Assembly (NCBI GenBank): GCA_041688155.1
Contig: JBDNIW010000013.1
Coordinates: forward strand, 1 to 55,035
Origin: Minisyncoccota bacterium
Lineage (GTDB): Bacteria; Patescibacteriota; Minisyncoccia; Phycocordibacterales; UBA918
Direction of reading: 5' to 3'
DNA: 55,035 bases
The translations under genes were made by a program, and so were the position numbers. How positions within the stretch are numbered: the stretch's first letter is position 1; every line of letters starts with the position of its first letter. Of the stretch, positions 35,241 to 43,862 are shown piece after piece. Below the pieces are notes generated by a model. It ran no database searches, had not been told where the DNA came from, and worked only from the letters and a program-made list of their open reading frames with translations.

Positions 35241-35249
35241 ACTCACACT

Positions 35250-36479
35250 ATGAAACAATCCTACCGACCGTCAGACTCCATTCTAGCAAAATACGCTGAA
35301 TTACTCGTTAAATTCGGTTTGCAGAGTAGGGACGGTAAACAGCTTAAAAAAGGCGCTGTGGTTCAATTTACCGTCCCTGAAGTAGCTAAACCACTGTACT
35401 TTCACCTACAAACTGCAATCCTTAAAGCTGGCTACCATCCACTGGGGGTGTTTATCCCGAGTAATGATACCGAGTATAACTTTGCTAAAAATGTGTTTGA
35501 TCACGCCAACAAAAATCAACTAGAGTTTTACGCTGATAAATACTACACCGGCATGATTGACCAGGTCGACGCAACTATTTACATAATTGCCGACACCGAC
35601 CCGCACGCATTAGCTGAGGTCGACTCAAAAAAAATCATGATGCGAGGAGCTGCGATGAAACCGGCCAAAGACCTACGTTTCAAAAAAATTGATGCCGGAA
35701 AAATGACTTGGACTATTGCACTCTACGGCACTAATGCAGCTGCGAAAGAAGCCGGTCTGAGCCCTAAAGAGTTCTGGAATCAAATCATCAACGCCTGTTA
35801 TCTAGATGCAGACAACCCGGTAGCTGAATGGAAGAAAATCAACACTATTGTACAAAAAACTGCTCAGAAACTGACTGATTTACAAATCAAATCGGTCCAT
35901 ATGGTGGGTGCTGATGTTGATCTCCACATCGGGATTGGTAAAAACCGTGCCTGGCGCGCTGGTGGAGGCAATAATATCCCGTCATACGAAGTCTTCACTT
36001 CTCCAAATTTCCGCGAGGTCGACGGCTGGATTAAATTCGATCAACCGCTATTGCAGTACGGTGCCAAAATTGAAGGTATTGAACTAACGTTTAAGGCTGG
36101 AAAAGTAGTCAAGGCTACCGCAACCAAAAACGAAAAGCTCCTGAAAGCCATGATCAAAAACAAAGGTGGCAACCAGGTAGGGGAGTACTCACTCACTGAC
36201 AGCCGAATTTCTCGGATCACAAAATTCATGGCTAACACCCTCTACGACGAAAACGTCGGTGGCAAGTACGGCAACTCTCACATCGCCCTCGGCTCCGCCT
36301 ACCGAGACTGCTACGTGGGTGATCCAACCAAAAACACAGATGAGCAGTGGGAAAAGCTAGGCTATAACGACTCAGTCGTCCATAGCGACATAGTAACGAC
36401 GAACGACCGCACAGTCACCGCCACCTTATACGACGGGACTGAGCAAGTGATTTATGAGAAAGGGCAGTTTACGGTTTAG
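35250..36479 (+). CDS. M29 family aminopeptidase (AmpS/PepS-like)
   Basis: 409 aa; EVFTSP, GGKYGNSHIALG motifs typical of thermophilic metalloprotease M29. Confidence 0.8.
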   Translation: MKQSYRPSDSILAKYAELLVKFGLQSRDGKQLKKGAVVQFTVPEVAKPLYFHLQTAILKAGYHPLGVFIPSNDTEYNFAKNVFDHANKNQLEFYADKYYTGMIDQVDATIYIIADTDPHALAEVDSKKIMMRGAAMKPAKDLRFKKIDAGKMTWTIALYGTNAAAKEAGLSPKEFWNQIINACYLDADNPVAEWKKINTIVQKTAQKLTDLQIKSVHMVGADVDLHIGIGKNRAWRAGGGNNIPSYEVFTSPNFREVDGWIKFDQPLLQYGAKIEGIELTFKAGKVVKATATKNEKLLKAMIKNKGGNQVGEYSLTDSRISRITKFMANTLYDENVGGKYGNSHIALGSAYRDCYVGDPTKNTDEQWEKLGYNDSVVHSDIVTTNDRTVTATLYDGTEQVIYEKGQFTV

Positions 36480-36484
36480 CTAGC

Positions 36485-36493
36485 TGCTATACT
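36485..36493 (+). promoter_or_regulatory. extended -10 TGcTATACT, 7 nt before scpA ATG
   Basis: Read directly. Confidence 0.5.
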
Positions 36494-36500
36494 TTACCTG

Positions 36501-37250
36501 ATGGAAACCGTTACTCTTGACTTGGAGAAATTTGCTATCAAAACGGCGGTGTTTGAGGGGCCTTTGGAATTGTTGATTGAGTTGGTGGAGAAGCGGAAGC
36601 TGCTGATTAACGACATCTCACTCGCGGCAGTGACTGATGAATACATGCAGCGCGTGTCGCTGATGCAGGAATTATCACTCCCTAACACCGTACAGTTCGT
36701 GACATTGGCGGCGACGCTGCTGTTGATCAAATCTAAATCCCTGCTGCCGGTACTAGAACTGACGGAAGAAGAGGAGGGGAGTATCGAAGATTTGACCGAA
36801 CGACTACGCCAGTACCAGGTGTACCGAGACGCCGCAGCACCAATCAATGTCATGTTTGGGCACGCAATGGTCTACGAGGCTCAGTACACGCCGCCACGCG
36901 AGCCGTTGTTTGTGACCGACGGGTACTGTGAGCAGAGTGCGCTAACTGAGGCGATGAGCCGCGTCTTGCACAACCTTCCGCGTGAGACAGTCCCCAAAGC
37001 CCGCGCCACCGTCCGGCCAACTATCAGTCTTGAAGAGATGATGACCAATCTCAAAAACCGCATCGACAGGCAGCTGCGTACAAGGTTCTCCGACCTGCGC
37101 CGCGACGAACCCGACCATAAAAACGTCATCGTCGGGTTCCTCGCTATCCTGGAGCTATTCAAACAAGGCAACATTTTGGTTATACAAGACGGACGGTTCA
37201 CTGACATTCACCTAGAGTCGGAGAAAAGTGGTACGCCGATGTATTATTAG
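36501..37250 (+). CDS. scpA: segregation and condensation protein A
   Basis: FEGPLELLIELVEKRKLLINDISLAAVTDEYM kleisin N-terminus. Confidence 0.9.
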   Translation: METVTLDLEKFAIKTAVFEGPLELLIELVEKRKLLINDISLAAVTDEYMQRVSLMQELSLPNTVQFVTLAATLLLIKSKSLLPVLELTEEEEGSIEDLTERLRQYQVYRDAAAPINVMFGHAMVYEAQYTPPREPLFVTDGYCEQSALTEAMSRVLHNLPRETVPKARATVRPTISLEEMMTNLKNRIDRQLRTRFSDLRRDEPDHKNVIVGFLAILELFKQGNILVIQDGRFTDIHLESEKSGTPMYY

Positions 37251-37252
37251 AC

Positions 37253-37530
37253 GGTTGGTGGTAGTGATTACGTTGGTGCTTAGTGCGTAATAATGTGACG
37301 GTCTTTTCGACAGCGCCCTCGATTCGCTTAGGCTCTCTGAGGGCATCTCCCAAACACCCGTTGTTGGTATTGCTCAGGTTCTTTACTGGCTGACTGAACA
37401 TAAAACCGGAAAGTTCCTATTAGACCTCGTGTCCACACGCAACCACCAAGGGAGTTTGGTTTGTTTACTCAGAGAGCGGAGCGAGTCGAGTAAATAACCA
37501 AAAAGCTCGCCCCACTATTGCAGCACCAGC
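37253..37530 (+). repeat. composite inverted-repeat intergenic element, copy 4 (scpA|scpB)
   Basis: Left arm TAATAATGTGACGGTCTTTTCGA..GCCCTC[18 nt]GAGGGC; right arm TTTACTC[17 nt]GAGTAAA..AAAAGCTCGCCCCACTATT. Confidence 0.75.
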
Positions 37531-37597
37531 TCCGCTGGCAGGTTCCTATACCACTGACAGCCACTGTGATTTAGCCACGGTTTCACCTCGTCACTTG

Positions 37598-37606
37598 TGC
37601 TATATT
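37598..37606 (+). promoter_or_regulatory. extended -10 TGcTATATT, 10 nt before scpB ATG
   Basis: Read directly. Confidence 0.5.
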
Positions 37607-37616
37607 TTACCTACCT

Positions 37617-38144
37617 ATGCCGTTAACCTCATTAATCGAAGGTGTTTTGTTTTACACCGGTGCACCGCTAAAGAAATCGAAATTGATCGAGATGTTTGCG
37701 GTGGGTGAGGCTGATTTTGCCGTGGCAGTGGCAGCTCTGAAGCAGCGCCTGGAGGCTGGTGGGGTGCGACTGCTCGAGACCGACAGCGAACTGCAACTGG
37801 TGACTGCGCCAGAGATGAGCGAAGTGATAGAAACAGTACGCAAAGGCGAGCTGTCGCAAGACATCGGTAAAGCCGGGGCTGAAACACTTGCTATCGTACT
37901 GTACCGCGAACCTATCAGCCGGGGGGAGATTGACCGCATTCGTGGGGTCAACTCAGCATTTATCTTGCGGAACCTCATGACCCGTGGGTTGATTGAACGG
38001 CAAGCTATCCGCAACTCGCACCAATTTCGAATCACGCCTGCGCTACTACAGCACCTAGGGGTTACACACAAACACGAGCTGCCGCACTTTGGGGAGTTTA
38101 TGACCGCAATTGATGCGTTTTCTGCGCAACCTGATACTGTATGA
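37617..38144 (+). CDS. scpB: segregation and condensation protein B
   Basis: LIEGVLFYTGAPL...GAETLAIVLYREPISRGEIDRIRGV winged-helix pattern. Confidence 0.9.
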   Translation: MPLTSLIEGVLFYTGAPLKKSKLIEMFAVGEADFAVAVAALKQRLEAGGVRLLETDSELQLVTAPEMSEVIETVRKGELSQDIGKAGAETLAIVLYREPISRGEIDRIRGVNSAFILRNLMTRGLIERQAIRNSHQFRITPALLQHLGVTHKHELPHFGEFMTAIDAFSAQPDTV

Positions 38145-39130
38145 GTATGCCCTTAATATCAGTTGAGCAACCCAGCCAGAAAAACCGCTTCCCGATAGTG
38201 GGGCAGTTGGTGGTGTTATCGCTTATCCTAGCGGTGACGTTTGGATCACTCTGGTGGTTGAGTCCGACCCGGGGCGTGAGCGGTGCGGACGTGGATTCGC
38301 GCCCAACCATCGACCTGACCGACGTTGTGCCAACTGACACCACCGAGCAAATCAAAGATGTCTCAATCAGCGCGAGAGCGGCCTACGTCTGGGATGTCCG
38401 CGGACAGCGAGCGCTGTACAAGAAAAACGAATCCGCCGTTCTACCGATTGCCTCTATCACTAAACTCATGACCGCGATGGTCACCCACGAGTTGATCACC
38501 GACCTGACCAACGTCTCGGTACCAGCGGTCGCTATCCGACAAGAAGGCAATAGTGGTCTACTTGAAGGCGAGACATTGACCATAGAAGAGCTCAACCAGT
38601 TAGCGCTGCTGTCATCGTCAAATGACGCAGCGTTTGCGCTGGCGAACACTGCCGGGGCCCTACTTGGCGATCGTGACCCAGCCCGACAGTTTATTGCGGC
38701 TATGAACATCCGGGCGAGTGAATTACAATTACCATCACTCTCGTTTGCCAACACTACCGGGCTAGACGAAAGTACTACCAAACCGGGTGGTGTCGGCAAC
38801 GCCAAAGACGTTAGTTTTTTACTCGAACACATCATCGAAGAATACCCCGAAATAATTGCCATTACGACTGAGCCAACCTCCCGGGTATATAACACCAACG
38901 GTATGTTCCATGACGCTGAGAACACCAATGTCATTGCCGGTCGTATCCCAAACCTACTCGCCTCCAAAACTGGTTATACTGACCTGGCTGGTGGGAACCT
39001 CACCGTTGCGTTTGACCTGGGGCTTGACCGACCAATTATTATCACAGTGCTAGGATCAACCCGTGACGCACGGTTTACCGACGTGCTGACACTACTCAGT
39101 GCGGTGCAGGACTCAGTACTAACTGAATAA
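38141..39130 (+). CDS. D-alanyl-D-alanine carboxypeptidase (S11, PBP5-like)
   Basis: SITK (SxxK), SSND (SxN), KTGYT (KTG) motifs; N-terminal TM; ATGA overlap with scpB. Confidence 0.85.
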   Translation: MSMPLISVEQPSQKNRFPIVGQLVVLSLILAVTFGSLWWLSPTRGVSGADVDSRPTIDLTDVVPTDTTEQIKDVSISARAAYVWDVRGQRALYKKNESAVLPIASITKLMTAMVTHELITDLTNVSVPAVAIRQEGNSGLLEGETLTIEELNQLALLSSSNDAAFALANTAGALLGDRDPARQFIAAMNIRASELQLPSLSFANTTGLDESTTKPGGVGNAKDVSFLLEHIIEEYPEIIAITTEPTSRVYNTNGMFHDAENTNVIAGRIPNLLASKTGYTDLAGGNLTVAFDLGLDRPIIITVLGSTRDARFTDVLTLLSAVQDSVLTE

Positions 39131-39134
39131 TACT

Positions 39135-40193
39135 ATGACTAACACCCTCGTTGCAGTCCTAACTCCGGCACTCCTGACATTCTTCATAGGAATTTTGATC
39201 ACTCCAGTCATCACGCATTTTTTGTACAAACACAAAGTCTGGAAGAAAACCGGTGGCAAAATTGCTATCGGTGGTCACGCAGCAACTGAGTTCAACCGCC
39301 TCAAAGGGGGCACCGAAACACACACGCCACGGATGGGCGGGATTGTTATCTGGGCCAGTGTGCTACTAACGCTAGTTGGGTTATATCTACTATCAGTTGT
39401 ATTGCCTGACTCAATCATGGCGGAGTTCAACTTTCTCAGTCGATCACAGACTCTAATCCCTGCTGGAGCGCTGTTTATCGGCGCGGCCCTTGGGTTTCTC
39501 AACGACGTCTACGACGTGACCCACGGTGGCATAGGGATGCGGCTGAGCGCGCGTTTGGGGATTATCACGGTACTAGCGGCTACGCTTGGGTGGTGGTTTT
39601 ATGACAAACTAGGTGTCACGGCGGTTAACATTCCCTATGATGGCTCGATTGAACTCGGGATACTGATTATTCCGTTTTTTGTGTTGCTGACACTAATGCT
39701 CTACGCGAGTGGCGTGATTGATGGGATAGACGGGTTATCTGGTGGCGTGTTTGCGAGCGTATTTGGTGCCTACGCAGGGATTGCTTTGGTCCAGAACCAG
39801 ATTGGACTAGCGACGTTTTGCGCGGCGGTGGTTGGTGGGATTTTGGCGTTTTTGTGGTTCAACATCCCACCAGCCCGGTTTTGGATGACTGAAACTGGAT
39901 CTATGGCACTCACCCTCGCGCTCGCGGTCGTGGTGTTTATGACTGACTCACTCGGGGACGGTAACGGGGTAGCGCTAATGTTTATCGTCGCTCTACCGCT
40001 CTTAGTAACGGTAGCTTCGGTTGTATTGCAACTCCTCTATCGCAAACTAACCGGTAAAAAACTACTGCGGATTGCTCCGCTTCATCACCACTTTGAAGCT
40101 ATCGGCTGGTCATCAGAAAAAGTCACCATGCGCTACTGGATCATCAGCATTATTTGCGCCATGGTTGGGGTCATAATCGCGACCAGCGCATGA
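39135..40193 (+). CDS. mraY: phospho-N-acetylmuramoyl-pentapeptide transferase
   Basis: 10-TM protein, NDVYD, GIDGLSGG, PLHHHFE motifs. Confidence 0.9.
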   Translation: MTNTLVAVLTPALLTFFIGILITPVITHFLYKHKVWKKTGGKIAIGGHAATEFNRLKGGTETHTPRMGGIVIWASVLLTLVGLYLLSVVLPDSIMAEFNFLSRSQTLIPAGALFIGAALGFLNDVYDVTHGGIGMRLSARLGIITVLAATLGWWFYDKLGVTAVNIPYDGSIELGILIIPFFVLLTLMLYASGVIDGIDGLSGGVFASVFGAYAGIALVQNQIGLATFCAAVVGGILAFLWFNIPPARFWMTETGSMALTLALAVVVFMTDSLGDGNGVALMFIVALPLLVTVASVVLQLLYRKLTGKKLLRIAPLHHHFEAIGWSSEKVTMRYWIISIICAMVGVIIATSA

Positions 40194-41305
40194 GTACCAA
40201 CAACCGCAAACCACTCGGGGTCGATACGATTTTTCTGTCGCTTATAGTCACTTTAGTGACGATTGGTTTTTTGATATTCTCTTCAGCCTCACTTGGCCTA
40301 CTGGCACGTGGTGGAGCTAGTTTTAGCTCGGTAGCGTTCAGTCAGTTCACTTTCGGGATTCTCGGTGGGGGAGCGGCATTACTCATACTAAGCAACGTCC
40401 ACTACCGCCACTACCGTAAATACGCGATGTATATTTTTATAATCGGATTACTGCTAACACTCTCAGTGTTTATCCCTGGACTCGGGATGACACACGCGGG
40501 GGCAACGCGTTGGTTAGATCTCGGGGTTACTACCGTACAACCATCAGAATTCCTTAAAATCGCCTACATCATTTACCTGGCTACCTGGCTATCTGGAATG
40601 CACAAACACGTCGAAGATTGGCGATATGGCCTGGTACCGTTTGGCATCGTCAGTGGTATCACTGGGGTAGTGATGTTACTACAGCCAGATACCGACACGT
40701 TCCTAGTTATGGCCACTGGCGGGCTGGCGATGTTTGTGGTGGCAGGTGCACGAGTGCGTGATCTCTTTTTGCTTGTATTGTGCGGCGTGGCGCTGATAGC
40801 CACGATTGCATTTATGCGACCGTACGTGATGGACCGGTTGACCACGTTTCTCGATCCGACCGCAGACCCACTTGGTAGTGGCTACCAAATCAGTCAGTCA
40901 CTGATTGCCGTTGGGTCAGGCGGCATCGCTGGGCGCGGGTTTGGGCAAAGTATCCAGAAATTTGAATACCTACCCGAGCCAATTGGGGACTCAATTTTTG
41001 CGGTGTTTAGCGAGGAGTTTGGCTTTCTGGGAGTTACAGTCTTGATTGGGTTGTTCCTAGCGTTTGCACTGCGCGGCTACAAAATAGCCCAAAATGCCTC
41101 TGATATGTTTGGGGTGCTGCTCGTCACCGGTATCATCACACTTATTATGGCCCAAGCGTTTTTGAATATGGGTGCGATGTTGGCTGTAGCACCGTTGTCA
41201 GGTTTGCCCTTGCCGTTTATTAGTCACGGTGGGACGGCGCTCTTGGCAACGTTAGCGGCGCTGGGGATTGTGCTCAATGTGTCCAAATATCGTCTACGCC
41301 GGTAA
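40190..41305 (+). CDS. ftsW: SEDS family peptidoglycan glycosyltransferase FtsW/RodA
   Basis: QPSEFLKIAYIIYLA, PEPIGDSIFAV, PFISHGGTA motifs; ATG overlaps mraY TGA. Confidence 0.85.
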   Translation: MSTNNRKPLGVDTIFLSLIVTLVTIGFLIFSSASLGLLARGGASFSSVAFSQFTFGILGGGAALLILSNVHYRHYRKYAMYIFIIGLLLTLSVFIPGLGMTHAGATRWLDLGVTTVQPSEFLKIAYIIYLATWLSGMHKHVEDWRYGLVPFGIVSGITGVVMLLQPDTDTFLVMATGGLAMFVVAGARVRDLFLLVLCGVALIATIAFMRPYVMDRLTTFLDPTADPLGSGYQISQSLIAVGSGGIAGRGFGQSIQKFEYLPEPIGDSIFAVFSEEFGFLGVTVLIGLFLAFALRGYKIAQNASDMFGVLLVTGIITLIMAQAFLNMGAMLAVAPLSGLPLPFISHGGTALLATLAALGIVLNVSKYRLRR

Positions 41306-41312
41306 TACTACG

Positions 41313-41321
41313 TGGTAGACT
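41313..41321 (+). promoter_or_regulatory. extended -10 TGgTAGACT, 8 nt before murG ATG
   Basis: Read directly. Confidence 0.45.
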
Positions 41322-41329
41322 AGTGGTAT

Positions 41330-42439
41330 ATGAGAATTGGACTAGTAGGTGGTGGTTCTGGGGGGCATTTTTACCCGCTAATGGCGGTGGCGGATGAACT
41401 GAACCAAGCTGCTGTACAACCAAAACTGTATTACTTTGGTCCATCACCATACAGCCCAGACGAGCTACAAAACTACCAGATAGAATACGTCTATTGCCCA
41501 GCGGGGAAGCTGCGGCGCTATATTTCCATCCAAAATTTCTTTGATCTGTTTCGTACGTTTTACGGCTTCTTTGTCGCTGTTTTTAAGCTCTACATAATCT
41601 ACCCAGACGTCATATTTAGCAAGGGCAGCTACACGGCTGTTCCCATCTTGCTGGCAGCCAAAATTTTGATGATTCCGGTAGTAATCCATGAGTCAGACAC
41701 CAGTCCCGGCAAAGCCAATGAACTAGCGAAGAATTTTGCTCGTTACATCGCCGTTGCGTACGACGAAGCAGCAACATTTTTTCCAGCTGACAAAACTGCT
41801 CTCACCGGCATCCCATTGCGGTCTGAACTCAAACAAATACTAGACGACCCATTTGCGGTTATCGGTATCCCCAACGACAAACCGCTGATCTATGTAACCG
41901 GGGGTTCCCAAGGTGCCGAGCGAGTTAATGAAATTATCCTACGGAGCTTACTTGACTTACTGCCGCACTATCGGATTTTTCATCAAACTGGACCCCAAAT
42001 CAGCGATATTCAAAGTACCGCTCAAAGCCTGTTACAGGACACTGGACTAGATTCAAGTTACTACTTAGCAGAAACGGTGCCAGTACAAACAGTTTCAGCT
42101 TTAATGCAGGCAGCCAGCCTTGTCATCACCCGGGCTGGAAGTACAACGTTGTTTGAATTGGCTTATTTTGGGACGCCAGCTATCATTATCCCAATCCCAG
42201 AAGACGTGAGCCGTGACCAACGCACCAACGCGTACACCTATGCGCGCAATGGGGGAGCGAGTGTACTTGAGGAGCACAACCTCACCACAAACTTGCTCAC
42301 GCAAGAAGTACGAGCTATTATAGACGACCAAGCCAAACACGCTGCAATGTCGACCTCAGCCAAAGCCTCATTTATTCCTGATGCCGCGAGCAAACTTGCG
42401 ACAATCATAATCTCAATCGGAACCGAACATGGATCATAA
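41330..42439 (+). CDS. murG: UDP-GlcNAc:lipid I GlcNAc transferase MurG
   Basis: GGSGGHFYP N-terminal motif, C-terminal RAGSTTLFEL. Confidence 0.9.
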   Translation: MRIGLVGGGSGGHFYPLMAVADELNQAAVQPKLYYFGPSPYSPDELQNYQIEYVYCPAGKLRRYISIQNFFDLFRTFYGFFVAVFKLYIIYPDVIFSKGSYTAVPILLAAKILMIPVVIHESDTSPGKANELAKNFARYIAVAYDEAATFFPADKTALTGIPLRSELKQILDDPFAVIGIPNDKPLIYVTGGSQGAERVNEIILRSLLDLLPHYRIFHQTGPQISDIQSTAQSLLQDTGLDSSYYLAETVPVQTVSALMQAASLVITRAGSTTLFELAYFGTPAIIIPIPEDVSRDQRTNAYTYARNGGASVLEEHNLTTNLLTQEVRAIIDDQAKHAAMSTSAKASFIPDAASKLATIIISIGTEHGS

Positions 42440-43862
42440 AAACGTCGTCACCAGATACGCCCCATCCCCTACGGGGTTCCAGCACATTGGTGGCATCCGC
42501 ACTGCCTTGTTTGCCTACCTTTGGGCCAAGAAAAACAACGGAATATTTATATTGCGAATTGAAGACACTGACAAAAGTCGCGAGGTTGACGGGGCGATTC
42601 AGCATACGATTGATGCCCTAAACTGGCTAGGAATCACCTATGAATTTGGTCCCGACAAACCATCACCTGACATCGGGTCGTTCCTCCAGTCTGACCGACT
42701 CGCTATCTACAAACAATACGCCCAAAAACTAATTGACCACGGTCACGCGTATCCTGACCCCTACACGAGCGAGGAACTAATGGCTTTTCGAGACGCAGCC
42801 CAAGCGGCCAATCGACCCTTTTTGTTTCGAGAGCATCGACCAACAACGTTTGGAACCTGGGACGAAAAGCAACCATTGCGCTTCAAAACCCCCCAAATCA
42901 AACGCTACACCTGGCATGATGCCGTTCGAGGCGAGCTTACCGCCGGAGAAGAAGCACTCGATGATTTTATCCTCATCAAGGCTGATGGGTATCCAACCTA
43001 TAACTTTGCTCATATTGTCGACGACCAAGAGATGGGTGTTACCCACGTGATGCGAGGACAGGAGTTTATCTCTAGCACACCAAAATACCTCAGTCTCTAT
43101 GACGCACTTGGTATTCCATACCCAGTATTTGTCACTTTGCCACCCATCATGGCGGCTGACGGCAAGAAAAAACTAGGCAAACGTGACGGAGCGAAAGACA
43201 TCCTTGAATATCGTACTGACGGTTATCTACCAGCAGCTATGCGCAATTTTTTAGCTCTCATTGGCTGGAATCCAGGCGGTGAACAAGAACTATTCAGTGA
43301 TGAGGAATTGGTCAGCAACTTTACCCTAGAAAAAATTCAGAAGTCTGGCGGTGCCTTTAACGAAGAAAAGCTCCAGTGGATGAATAAAGAGTATCTTGGA
43401 AGCCTGTCAATTGAAGATCGTACAGCGTACCTAATTGCGGCCCTACCAGATTACGATGTTGATAAACTAACCAAGCTAACCCCCACCATCCTCGAACGAG
43501 TGCACAACCAGATTGAAATCAAACTGGCAGCGGCGGCTGGGGAATACACTTGGGCGTTTGATACTCCAGAGTACGATGCAGACATACTCAAATGGAAAAA
43601 CGACGACAGCCTCACCAACGCGTTGCCGCGATTACAGCAAGCAGCCCTGCTCTTGGCGGACGCCGATTTTACTTCAACTGAGACAATCAAAGCTGCCGTA
43701 TGGTCGTACGCTGAGACAGTGGGGAAGGGGGAACTATTGTGGCCCTTGCGCGTATCACTCTCAGGTAGAGCACAATCACCAGACCCATTTACCTGCGCCT
43801 ATGTGCTTGGTAAAGCGGAAACCCTAGCCCGCATCACTACGGCGTGTGCTAAAATAGCTTGA
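42429..43862 (+). CDS. gltX: glutamyl-tRNA synthetase
   Basis: RYAPSPTGFQHIGGIRTALF (HIGH region), KLGKRDG (KMSKS-like). Confidence 0.9.
   Translation: MDHKNVVTRYAPSPTGFQHIGGIRTALFAYLWAKKNNGIFILRIEDTDKSREVDGAIQHTIDALNWLGITYEFGPDKPSPDIGSFLQSDRLAIYKQYAQKLIDHGHAYPDPYTSEELMAFRDAAQAANRPFLFREHRPTTFGTWDEKQPLRFKTPQIKRYTWHDAVRGELTAGEEALDDFILIKADGYPTYNFAHIVDDQEMGVTHVMRGQEFISSTPKYLSLYDALGIPYPVFVTLPPIMAADGKKKLGKRDGAKDILEYRTDGYLPAAMRNFLALIGWNPGGEQELFSDEELVSNFTLEKIQKSGGAFNEEKLQWMNKEYLGSLSIEDRTAYLIAALPDYDVDKLTKLTPTILERVHNQIEIKLAAAAGEYTWAFDTPEYDADILKWKNDDSLTNALPRLQQAALLLADADFTSTETIKAAVWSYAETVGKGELLWPLRVSLSGRAQSPDPFTCAYVLGKAETLARITTACAKIA

Noticed and set aside
40191-40193. Alternative genetic code with UGA recoded, as in some CPR lineages
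   Set aside because: mraY and gltX end at TGA at the expected protein length. The next gene starts at overlapping ATG(A)/TGATG junctions. No well-supported gene needs read-through of TGA.
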